This document shows positions 26,692 through 35,047 of a stretch of 64,000 nt of DNA, one piece after another. The stretch lies in the NCBI GenBank assembly GCA_963706325.1, contig CAVPLT010000001.1:960001-1024000 (forward strand), read 5' to 3'. Made by a program: the position numbers and the translations under genes. The notes under the pieces were generated by a model. The model was not told the origin of the DNA. It was given only the letters and a program-made list of their open reading frames with translations, and ran no database searches. The DNA comes from an uncultured Nitrospiraceae bacterium. GTDB taxonomy: Bacteria; Nitrospirota; Nitrospiria; Nitrospirales; Nitrospiraceae. Within the stretch, counting starts at the first letter, position 1. Each line of letters begins with the position of its first letter.

Positions 26692-27546
26692 CTATCGAGC
26701 GAGATGCGAGGGGCTTGGCGGTTGAATGGTAGGGAGAGGTCTGTCGGAGGTCAGTGAGACCTTAGATGACTGGCGTGGAGCGGGTGGAACCAACAAGCCC
26801 TTCGCGCTGTTCTGCCATTGGGCGACCGCCGCCCAGCGATTTTCGACGCCGCCGAGCTTTTGATAGACATTCTTGAGGTGAAATTTAATCGTATTGAGGC
26901 TGACGTGCAGGATGATGGAAATTTCCCAGTTCGTTTTGCCTTCGGCGACCCATCGCATAATTTCTTCTTCTCGGGCCGTCAGAGCGGGACTGTCCGTCGA
27001 CGTCTGGTCGTCGGTGACTTGGGTCGTGGCGCGCAAGTAGGCCAAATGAAAATGAGGCGCCAGAATTTGCATCATGGTCCGAAGGCGGGTCATCAATCGC
27101 TGGTCGAAGTTGCTGAAGGCGTAATAGGTGCACAGTCCGAGCACACCACGCACCCCCACGGTCAAGCAGGTCTTGATTCCCGCATCGAGTTTGAGATTAA
27201 TCACTTCACGCGGAATCGGCATATCAAGGCAGTCTTCGCTCGATACGGTGCCGATATGAGTTTTTTGAAGCAGTTGGATCGCAGGATCCGTGACATATCC
27301 CTGCGTCGCATAGAGATGGGTATGTTCATCACCGTAGGTTGAATGTCCGATCTCCAATGCCTTTTTCTGGATATGAAACGATCCGTTGGCCGAGAATCGG
27401 TGGGGAATCAACGAGGCGACGGCTGCCGTCAGGTCGGGCAATTGAGCGCGCTCCTGTATGCGTCGCACGCGTTCCATGACTTCGCCCATGTGTTGGAATT
27501 CTTTGCGCGAAAGATATTGAAAGCTCTCAGGTCCCCGAAAGATCAT
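26692..27546 (-). CDS. Quorum-sensing-type LuxR regulator (autoinducer-binding-like domain plus HTH); no luxI in the window
   Basis: Y....Y..DP in the N-domain, L.PHFH.A, HTH LTARE.EIMRWVAEGKTNWEIS.IL..S.NT.KFH; GAGGAGG RBS. Confidence 0.85.
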   Translation of the reverse strand: MIFRGPESFQYLSRKEFQHMGEVMERVRRIQERAQLPDLTAAVASLIPHRFSANGSFHIQKKALEIGHSTYGDEHTHLYATQGYVTDPAIQLLQKTHIGTVSSEDCLDMPIPREVINLKLDAGIKTCLTVGVRGVLGLCTYYAFSNFDQRLMTRLRTMMQILAPHFHLAYLRATTQVTDDQTSTDSPALTAREEEIMRWVAEGKTNWEISIILHVSLNTIKFHLKNVYQKLGGVENRWAAVAQWQNSAKGLLVPPAPRQSSKVSLTSDRPLPTIQPPSPSHLAR

Positions 27547-27944
27547 GGTGCGACCTCCTCTCTTACATCCTGGAGGCCAGGACGTCGCCAGGATGGGCTG
27601 CAGACGTGCTCGGCGGATCGGAATAGTGACGCCACCTGCCGGACCGAGTGGTTTGGGCCGGCTGAACCTCTATCGGTAACAATTGCGGCTGATTCATGAT
27701 GTCCATCCGATGCGATGAATTCCTGCAAGGGAAGCATAGCGATACGCGAATTGATCATCTCGAAGCCGGTTGGTACTCACGCCGTTGTGCTCTGGTGGAG
27801 TATGCCGATTGTACCCTCCGGAGGTAGAGCATGGCTAGGGCAATTACACCCTAGTAGTGAGTGCCTACGAGTTGAGTGGCAATCGACAAAATCGTAGCGT
27901 TGACATCATCGCGGGCTTCGCTTCAGACGAATCCTGGTTTTCAG

Positions 27945-28925
27945 CTATCGCTGGATTTTCAAGGTGGGGCCAAGGGTAAGCCACTTCGTAGGGCCGAGCG
28001 CGGCCATATGAGGAAGGTGAGCCACATACCAGAACACGATATCCTGTTCTTGCACGCCTTGATTGTCTTCGTCATACCCGAGCTGACCCCGAGCCCCGAA
28101 CACCCATGGGATGTCTTCGGCTGGATTTGCACGCCGGATCGCAATATCGAGGTCAGCAAAGCTGTCGCGTTCTCCGTCATCTCTGAGCGGGGCATACCCA
28201 TCGCCAGGGAGAATCCAGACGCCGTGTCCTGTCGGCTGGTCACGAACGAACCAGGCTCGATGTGTACTCACGTTTTTGACGTCATTCCGTTCATTCGTAT
28301 ATTTCTTCCAACCGGGGCCCCACCCTGAGTCCGACGCTCCGTCGTCGTGTCGGAAGACCTGGTCCATTCCGTTGCCGTTGATATCGAAGTCGAAGCGCCA
28401 GTAGGGATTGTGCATGTGATCCGTATTGCATGAGAGCCCGCGGCTTTGTAGGACCGGTCGGATCTCTCCGTCCTCGGATAGATGCCACGATTGGTAGAGG
28501 TGATATTCACCGATTCTGGCATACATTCCCAGCTCCAGCCATTTCACGCCCTGCTGGGTGGCACTCTCGAGGCACACTTTGTGGTCTCCGCAGTTCACAA
28601 TCGGGACTAGGTCCTGCCAACGAAGGCGGTCCTGGAAAGGTCCGCAACGCCCGCTGTCCGCGCGCGAGCCGAACCAGGTGAAGGGATTCCACCATCGGCG
28701 CTCCTTCACATATTTTACGCGGACGACCGGCATACTGGCCTTGGCCAGCACCTGTTCCCCGGCATAGGTGACATTGCGAAGCGCGAGACCGGTGCTGTCT
28801 TTGACCTCGTAATCGAGGCTCCAGCGTCCCCAGTCAAGATGTTCCGACGCCTCGTCTGCCAAGCCAGGCAGAGGGCGTGTGAGAGCGGAGAACAGCAGCA
28901 GAGCAATCACCGCAACGCGTGTCAT
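27945..28925 (-). CDS. Secreted copper amine oxidase catalytic-domain-like protein (shortened)
   Basis: Signal peptide; RIGEYHLYQSWHLSEDGEI aligns with TVGNYDY...W.F..DG.I; HMH...WRFDFDING matches the H.H...RLD.DVDG copper motif; DIVFWYVAHLPH supplies the third His. Confidence 0.65.
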   Translation of the reverse strand: MTRVAVIALLLFSALTRPLPGLADEASEHLDWGRWSLDYEVKDSTGLALRNVTYAGEQVLAKASMPVVRVKYVKERRWWNPFTWFGSRADSGRCGPFQDRLRWQDLVPIVNCGDHKVCLESATQQGVKWLELGMYARIGEYHLYQSWHLSEDGEIRPVLQSRGLSCNTDHMHNPYWRFDFDINGNGMDQVFRHDDGASDSGWGPGWKKYTNERNDVKNVSTHRAWFVRDQPTGHGVWILPGDGYAPLRDDGERDSFADLDIAIRRANPAEDIPWVFGARGQLGYDEDNQGVQEQDIVFWYVAHLPHMAALGPTKWLTLGPTLKIQR

Positions 28926-28945
28926 CTGCTATCCTTTCGATTCGC

Positions 28946-29737
28946 CTATCTAGGCGGTTCATCCCCTGCGTCCAGCACGCGGTCTTCCGTCAGATCCACC
29001 TGCGCCCAGTACTTGGGGTCTCCATCCTGTCCTTGGGAGAAGGTAATCCAGATGACCCGGTGCTCATACCCCGGATCGTTTTTGAAGAACCCACGATCCG
29101 GTTGCATCAGGAGCCCATGTCCCTGGAGCGCCTGCACCTTCCCCGCCAGGCGGGCATCGGCACGAGCTAATTCGATCCCTCGTTGCACATCTTGCGGTCC
29201 CTCGGCAGGCAGGTACCCTTCATATCTCGAAGCTTCCAGTACGGCCGTGTCTTTCATGCGGACATCGATCGCGACATTGTGGCTGTAGCTGAAGTAGGTG
29301 ATTCGGGCGAGTCGGGCTTGATTTCGGCAGCAACCGAATGCGACTTTGCCGTCCGGCGACAGGAGATTTGCATCGATGAATCCCCACCGGTCACCCAGAA
29401 GGGTAACCACTCTGGGATCGGCTTCGGCTGCTTTCCGTAGTGCGACAATTTCAGAAGCTGAGAGGACCGCGGCCTGATTAGGAGATCGCAGGACGGCTGC
29501 CTCATTCACTGTCCCTGCCATCTTAGGTTTGATGTGCCCGACGGATTCGTCGTCGGTGAACTCGAGGATATGTCTGGCCGGGATCTGAGCCGGGAGCGGT
29601 GTCTTCGAAACAATGGTTTCGGGATCTTCCGGACCAAAGGGACCGCGGGAGGCGGCATCGAGACTGCATCCGGGTATGACCACGAGCAGCAGCAGCGTTG
29701 GATAGGGCCACATCGTACGCCGACCTTTCATGGCCAT
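28946..29737 (-). CDS. Lipoprotein resembling the N-terminal D2/D3 domains of copper amine oxidases
   Basis: Lipobox IPG-C; two repeats (LS.SE....AEADPRV and ARADARL) ending in V.V/VDL...VL; the domain assignment is inference. Confidence 0.5.
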   Translation of the reverse strand: MAMKGRRTMWPYPTLLLLVVIPGCSLDAASRGPFGPEDPETIVSKTPLPAQIPARHILEFTDDESVGHIKPKMAGTVNEAAVLRSPNQAAVLSASEIVALRKAAEADPRVVTLLGDRWGFIDANLLSPDGKVAFGCCRNQARLARITYFSYSHNVAIDVRMKDTAVLEASRYEGYLPAEGPQDVQRGIELARADARLAGKVQALQGHGLLMQPDRGFFKNDPGYEHRVIWITFSQGQDGDPKYWAQVDLTEDRVLDAGDEPPR

Positions 29738-30258
29738 CACACCATCGCCAGTTTTCCGGCCACGCCGAGCGCCAGCCTGGACACTTGAGCCGCCGCCTTG
29801 ATGACGGCGGACCGCTTCTTTCGCGAGGCGGCATCCAGCAAGCATTTTGTCAAAAGATCCTTGTAACTGGTGATCTCGTCCGCCTCAAACGGGACGATCC
29901 TGGCCACCGTCTCATTGTTGAAGGTGTTGGCCAGTTGCAGATACAGATTGGAGATCTCCGCCGCGTAAATTCCTCGGCGCAAGGGATCGTTTTTGTAGGT
30001 CTCAAACTTCTTTCGCAGCGCCGCCACGGCGTCAAGAAGCGCCGTTTGACGCACTTTGGTGTCGTCCTGACGGCCGACGGCAAAATCTACGCCGCCCAAT
30101 TGATCGACCAATGTTTGGGCCTCATCTCGGGCATGGTCCACCTGGGTGGCCAGTTGCTCGATGCTGGTAGTGGCGCTCTCGGCCGTCTCCATCAATTGCT
30201 TGATGAGGCTGTCATTGTCCTGAAGGAACGTGACCACTCCTTCGAAGCTGCGGTTCAT
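29737..30258 (-). CDS. Hypothetical alpha-helical/coiled-coil protein
   Basis: 173 aa with GGAGG RBS; tightly coupled within the operon; amphipathic/hydrophobic C-terminal helix. Confidence 0.7.
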   Translation of the reverse strand: MNRSFEGVVTFLQDNDSLIKQLMETAESATTSIEQLATQVDHARDEAQTLVDQLGGVDFAVGRQDDTKVRQTALLDAVAALRKKFETYKNDPLRRGIYAAEISNLYLQLANTFNNETVARIVPFEADEITSYKDLLTKCLLDAASRKKRSAVIKAAAQVSRLALGVAGKLAMV

Positions 30259-30268
30259 AGAGCCTCCG

Positions 30269-30979
30269 TTACTGTGCGTCGTCCTTCTTCATTCGGTCGA
30301 GCAATTCCACCAAGTCGGCGGTGAAGCTCTGGGCACGGGCCAAGCCGCCGATGCGAAGAATGCGAGCGCCGACGACTTCCTCCAGCGCGTCATTGACCGT
30401 TCGGGAATGGTTCACAATTCCCATGATCTGTTCTGATCGACTCGGGGCTTGATCGAGAATCGAGCCGACCAACTCAGGGTCGACGGAAGCGAGCGCCGAT
30501 TGTTTGGCGAAGCGCTGGACTTGAGCATGGAGGGTCGCGGTGTGTTTCCACGAGTCGTTGAGGGCATTGGCCGTATCACGAAGGCCGCAGAAATCTTCCT
30601 CGAATTGATCCCACACGGCTTTTTCAAGTCCTTGCGCTTCGGCCATGTAAAGCAGACTCATGAGATAAGCGGCGGCGTAGGCGGCGTCACCTTTCTTGTT
30701 GGTGACGTTGCGGAACGAGGCCAGGACGAAGCGGTGCTTGGTTTCCTCGATCTGAAGCGATTGAAAACTCTCATGCAGAAAGCTGCGCGCCTGTTCCAGC
30801 ATCTTGACCCGCGCCTCGGTTTCTTTTTGGAAGAGATCGATGTTGGTTTGGGCGGCATCGATCTTGGTGCCTTCCAATTGGATAAGATCACGCACCGAGT
30901 TGCTGTGGATGGAATGGCAACCGGCGCCGGCCAGTGACAGCATGATCATGGACAAGATGGGCAGGGTTCGTCGGATCAT
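30269..30979 (-). CDS. Hypothetical alpha-helical lipoprotein
   Basis: Lipobox GAG-C; AAGGAG RBS before ATG 30979 (alternative start 31018); coiled-coil character. Confidence 0.72.
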   Translation of the reverse strand: MIRRTLPILSMIMLSLAGAGCHSIHSNSVRDLIQLEGTKIDAAQTNIDLFQKETEARVKMLEQARSFLHESFQSLQIEETKHRFVLASFRNVTNKKGDAAYAAAYLMSLLYMAEAQGLEKAVWDQFEEDFCGLRDTANALNDSWKHTATLHAQVQRFAKQSALASVDPELVGSILDQAPSRSEQIMGIVNHSRTVNDALEEVVGARILRIGGLARAQSFTADLVELLDRMKKDDAQ

Positions 30980-31014
30980 GGAAGACTCCTTCTGCTCACT
31001 GACGGATGGTCTGG

Positions 31015-31647
31015 TCATCGGCGCACCTGCCGCACAGCATCCGCCAATCCTTGGGTATCGGTTCGAGTGAGGGTGACGTCGATGTCCAGGTATTGTTTGA
31101 TGATGCTGTTGATTCGTCGGAGCGCTTCGACATTGGTCCGGTACTTGTCGAAGACCGTGAGGTCAACGGCCGAAGGGACCTGCGAATCTGCGGCGACTCG
31201 TTGTTCGACCTGCGTGATGAGTTCCGGAATCTTCTGGATCAGGTTGCTCATGTCGCTGGCCCCAGGCTGAAAGACGGTCTGCCCGTTGGGACCCTTGCGC
31301 TCAGGAAGCGATGTGAGGCGCATCGTATTGATTACGGCGATCACCTTGGTTCCCAGCAGGTCGGCATCATCTTTCGCGATGTCCGCGTCAGCAATGTCGG
31401 TGCGCCTGGGATTTGTGGTCGCCCATTGCAATGCAAGATCTAGCTTGAGCCTGGTTTGAACGAAGCGATACCACTGCTGATGCCGGGTGGTGATATTGCT
31501 GACCAGTTCGCGATACTGCTGCATCAGTTGTTCGTTTTCGGCATAGGCCTGGTCCTTAGCCACGAGGGCCTGTTTGATTTCCGGCGGCGTCGTGCAGGCG
31601 GCGAGCGAGGCACACATCAGCCAGCTACAGATGCGCAACATCCTCAT
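31015..31647 (-). CDS. Hypothetical alpha-helical lipoprotein
   Basis: Lipobox LAA-C; GGAGG RBS; first gene of a 5-gene operon. Confidence 0.75.
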   Translation of the reverse strand: MRMLRICSWLMCASLAACTTPPEIKQALVAKDQAYAENEQLMQQYRELVSNITTRHQQWYRFVQTRLKLDLALQWATTNPRRTDIADADIAKDDADLLGTKVIAVINTMRLTSLPERKGPNGQTVFQPGASDMSNLIQKIPELITQVEQRVAADSQVPSAVDLTVFDKYRTNVEALRRINSIIKQYLDIDVTLTRTDTQGLADAVRQVRR

Positions 31648-31695
31648 CGGGGCGCCTCCCAGTAAAATTCCTTGAGCAGATCCGTCTCTATAATA

Positions 31696-31711
31696 GGCAA
31701 GCTACGTACCT
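31696..31711 (-). promoter_or_regulatory. Putative sigma54 -24/-12 promoter for the 31647-27945 operon
   Basis: Minus strand AGGTACGTAGCTTGCC is GG-N10-GC with TTGC; about 50 bp upstream of the start codon. Confidence 0.55.
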
Positions 31712-31818
31712 CACGATCATTCATCTTGGTCAGGGCAGATTAATCGCCCATTCGTTTCGCTGCAAGCGAAAACGTGGGTCTGTTTCACCTTGAGGCAGAT
31801 ACCGCATCGTACCCATTC

Positions 31819-31834
31819 CGATACGAGTGTATCG
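31819..31834. promoter_or_regulatory. Dyad CGATAC-N4-GTATCG, candidate enhancer-binding-protein site
   Basis: Perfect 6-bp inverted repeat about 110 bp upstream of the putative sigma54 promoter; shares GATAC/GTATC half-sites with 15495-15511. Confidence 0.4.
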
Positions 31835-31881
31835 AAGTGAATACAGGGACGATGTAAGATATGCTGGATTGACAGAAAAGG

Positions 31882-33687
31882 CTATGAGGGGGTCAGTGCT
31901 TTGCGTAGCGCCGCGACTGTTGATAAATCGATACCGGCCGACCGGAGCTGTTCATCGGTGGCTTCCGCAATTCGCTCGAGGCTGCCGAATTGTCTAAGGA
32001 GCCGCTTCCGGCGGACTTCGCCGATGCCGGAGACTTGGTCGAGTTCAGAGGCCAGTAAGGCTTTGCCTCTGAGCTTCCGGTGATAGGTTACGGCAAATCG
32101 GTGAGCTTCGTCTCGAATCCGCTGTACGAGGTGGGTGGCGGGTGAGGTTGGTCGCAGGATGATCGGATTCTTTCGCCCCGGCAGGAAAATACGCTCCTCT
32201 TTCTCGCCACGCGCTTTGGCTAGGCCAATGATGGGAATCTGTTCTTGGCCGACCTGTTTGAGCCCATCCAAGGCGGCGCTCAATTGGCCCAACCCCCCGT
32301 CGATAAGAATCAGATCCGGGCGCGCGAGGTCTTCAGTCGAGCCATAGCGTCGCATGACGGCTTCCTGCATGCTGGCAAAATCGTTGGCGCCTTCGACGGT
32401 TTTAATCCGGAATTTTCGGTAATCGGATTTTTTTGCCTGCCCATCCTCCCAGACGACCAATGAGGCGACCGACTGATTGCCCATGATGTTCGAGATGTCG
32501 AAGCCTTCAATGCGGTGCGGGGCCTTTTCGAGGCGTAACAGGCGCTTCAACTCCGCCGTCGCCTGACGGTCCAAGGCTTCGTTGCGCAAATGGTCGGCAA
32601 TGGCGGCGCTCGCATTTTCTTCGGCGAGTCGCACTAATTGATGCTTGGCGCCACGCTCAGGAGCCATGAGCCGCACGGCTTCGCCTCTTTTGTCCGTCAG
32701 CCACTGTTCGATGAGCGGCGCATCGTCGAGTGCGGTCGGCACCAGAATTTCTTTCGGTGGCTGGCCTTCCTTGTTGTAGAACTGCTCAATAGCGGAGCGG
32801 ACCAATTCTTCGTCGCTGGCATCGCTCGATTGAGGCCAGAAGAAATCTTTACGCCCGATCAGTAACCCCCCCCGCACAAACAGCAGTTGAAGATCTGCCG
32901 CGGGTCCCTGCCTGGCCAAACCGACCACATCTTGATCGGCGGCGCTGATTTGGGTGATGCGTTGTTTCTCAAGGGTGCGCTCGACGTTGAAGAGCCGGTC
33001 CCGCAACCGTGCTGCTTCTTCAAACTGCTCCTGTTCCGCCGCCCGCTCCATTTCCTCGCGAAGGCTGTCCAGCAATTCGCTGTCGCGTCCTTCCAGGAAT
33101 TGGCGGACTTGTTTCACGATCAGGTGATAGTCGTCGCGAGATTGATTGCCGATGCAGGGCGCCATGCATCGCTTGATCTCGAATTCGATACAGGCGCGCT
33201 CGGCCTTGCCGTTGATGTCGATTTCGCAGGTGGCCAGTGGAAAGACCTTCCGGATGACCTTCAACGTATCGCGCAGCGCTCCGGCCGGCGTATAGGGCCC
33301 ATAGTAGAGCGCGCCGTCTTTCTGCACGCGCCGGACGATCGAGAGGCGAGGAAAATCTTCTTTGATGGGCAGGCGAAGATAGGGATATTGTTTGTCGTCA
33401 CGAAGGACGACGTTGAATCGAGGACGATGACGCTTGATCAGGTTGCTTTCGAGGATCAGGGCTTCGAGAACGGATCGGGTGACGATAGTTTCGAGATCAG
33501 CGATCTCGTTGACGAGCAGGCTGGTTTTTGGTGTCTGGTCGCTGCCCTTTTGGAAATAGGAGCGGACCCGGTCAGCCAGAACCGCGGCTTTGCCGACGTA
33601 CAGAATCTCCTTCCTGTCATTCTTGAAGAGATAGCAGCCGGGTTGTTCCGGCAAATGCGACAGCTTGGATTGCAGTGCGTCTGTCAT
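31882..33687 (-). CDS. uvrC: Excinuclease ABC subunit C
   Basis: GIY-YIG (PGCY...YVGKA), UVR domain (FEEAARLRD), RNase H-like (IEGFDIS, DGGLGQ, RDEAHRFA), HhH. Confidence 0.97.
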   Translation of the reverse strand: MTDALQSKLSHLPEQPGCYLFKNDRKEILYVGKAAVLADRVRSYFQKGSDQTPKTSLLVNEIADLETIVTRSVLEALILESNLIKRHRPRFNVVLRDDKQYPYLRLPIKEDFPRLSIVRRVQKDGALYYGPYTPAGALRDTLKVIRKVFPLATCEIDINGKAERACIEFEIKRCMAPCIGNQSRDDYHLIVKQVRQFLEGRDSELLDSLREEMERAAEQEQFEEAARLRDRLFNVERTLEKQRITQISAADQDVVGLARQGPAADLQLLFVRGGLLIGRKDFFWPQSSDASDEELVRSAIEQFYNKEGQPPKEILVPTALDDAPLIEQWLTDKRGEAVRLMAPERGAKHQLVRLAEENASAAIADHLRNEALDRQATAELKRLLRLEKAPHRIEGFDISNIMGNQSVASLVVWEDGQAKKSDYRKFRIKTVEGANDFASMQEAVMRRYGSTEDLARPDLILIDGGLGQLSAALDGLKQVGQEQIPIIGLAKARGEKEERIFLPGRKNPIILRPTSPATHLVQRIRDEAHRFAVTYHRKLRGKALLASELDQVSGIGEVRRKRLLRQFGSLERIAEATDEQLRSAGIDLSTVAALRKALTPS

Positions 33688-33836
33688 TCTTAATAAGCAC
33701 ATGTTTCGGTCGGCATCGGTAGTTATTGTACTTCCTTAACGGGGGGGACTATCCAGCACGAACTAAAGGCTGGGGAAGTCTACTCGGGCTAACCGGACCT
33801 TGAAGTGAGCAGGTGCAGCGCGACAGGAACACTCCG

Positions 33837-34066
33837 GCAGCATGGTCAAAAGGTCCGTCCAGCGAGGCCGTAACGAGGTCCGCGACGCGAGGAATAATGA
33901 GCATCACGCTTGCGGACGCCGGCGTGACGGTGAGCCGACTGTGTCTCGGGCCAAGGCGTCTCGTTCTTACCCGCCCGCCTGCCTAGACGGGCTCTTTTCT
34001 CATGGCGGTACGTTGACGCTGTGAACGATGCGTGGACGAAGGTGGCGGGCATTTTCAGCATCCTGC
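33837..34066. mobile_element. MITE-like intergenic repeat (family 1) with imperfect 15-bp TIRs and an internal structured module
   Basis: Ends GCAGCATGGTCAAAA and TTTTCAGCATCCTGC; internal similarity to 35465, 38094 and 62811; right end abuts the dapF TAG. Confidence 0.7.
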
Positions 34067-34935
34067 TACCGTAGCGTGCGCACGAACGACGGACTGAGGG
34101 AGCCTCGAGCCACTTCTTCGACCGGACCCTTCATGGTGAGGCTGAAATCCGGAGCGACTTCGATATTGAGACTCCCCCCTGGCATGTTCACCGTGACCGG
34201 GCCCTTGACCAGACCGAGCCGGACGGCAGCACTCGCCGCCGCGCAGGACGAGGAACCGGAGGCCTGGGTTTCGCCGGCGCCTCGCTCCCAAATGAGGATG
34301 AAGATTGCCTTGGGCCCGGTCGGGATCGCCAGTTGCACGTTGGTGCGCTTCGGAAAGAACGGGTGATTTTCAAGCGCAGGCCCGAGCAGCAGCAGGTCTT
34401 CACGGCGCCAGGTCTCGCCGGCCTTTTTGAAGAGCACGCAATGGGGATTGCCGACGCTGACACCCGTGAATTGGAGCGATTGTCCTGCCGCTTCGATAGG
34501 AACTTGGATCAATTCATCCATAGGCAGGGTACAGGGGAGTGCGGCTGGGTGAAAAGAGGCTCGCCCCATCTCGACGGTGGCCGCGGCGGCATCGCCGTGC
34601 CGATCGAGGTGGAGCGATATGGAGACCAGGCCGCCCTTGGTCTCGACGGTAAACTGTTTCTTCTTCGTCTTGCCGGTGGCATGGAGATAGCGAGCGAAGA
34701 TGCGCAATCCATTGCCGGACTTCTCAGCTTCGCTTCCATCGGGATTGAAGATACGCAGGCCGAAGTCGGCCTTCTTGGAAGGCACCAGCGCGAGGATGCC
34801 GTCACTGCCCACGCCCCAATGGCGATCGCAGATGCCGCGGATTTTACCAACGGAGAGCTTGAACGTCAGCTCTAGAGGATCCATCACCAAATAGTCATTG
34901 CCGAGTCCATGCCCGCGAAAAAACCCGTTCTTCAT
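34066..34935 (-). CDS. dapF: Diaminopimelate epimerase-family protein with Ser in place of both catalytic Cys
   Basis: HGLGNDY, GVGSDG, NPDGSEAEKSGNG, GNPH, WERGAGETQASGSS. Confidence 0.8.
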   Translation of the reverse strand: MKNGFFRGHGLGNDYLVMDPLELTFKLSVGKIRGICDRHWGVGSDGILALVPSKKADFGLRIFNPDGSEAEKSGNGLRIFARYLHATGKTKKKQFTVETKGGLVSISLHLDRHGDAAAATVEMGRASFHPAALPCTLPMDELIQVPIEAAGQSLQFTGVSVGNPHCVLFKKAGETWRREDLLLLGPALENHPFFPKRTNVQLAIPTGPKAIFILIWERGAGETQASGSSSCAAASAAVRLGLVKGPVTVNMPGGSLNIEVAPDFSLTMKGPVEEVARGSLSPSFVRTLR

Positions 34936-35047
34936 GCCTGGTCTCCTTGAGATGGGAAGAGGTGTCCCGTTACTCCTTGCAAAGCTGGAAAAGGTACTGC
35001 GGCGATTCTTGCCGCGTCAATGGGGAGAAGCGCACACATGATAAGAG

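Noticed and set aside
16297..27546. Classical LuxI/LuxR AHL system
   Set aside because: No AHL synthase motifs are present in the window. The GNAT at 35655 is an ordinary short acetyltransferase in a housekeeping context. A luxI elsewhere in the genome cannot be excluded.
27543..27758. 71-aa ORF overlapping the luxR start as a peptide signal or RiPP precursor
   Set aside because: It has no clear RBS, leader motif or recognisable family, and luxR has its own strong RBS. It is not excluded, but there is no support for it.
33842..34061. Short ORFs at 33842, 33846, 38099, 38107, 51843, 51871 and 54290 as a small-protein family
   Set aside because: They lie within the intergenic repeats. Their similarity is explained by the DNA repeat, with frame breaks between copies and covariation at the nucleotide-pairing level.
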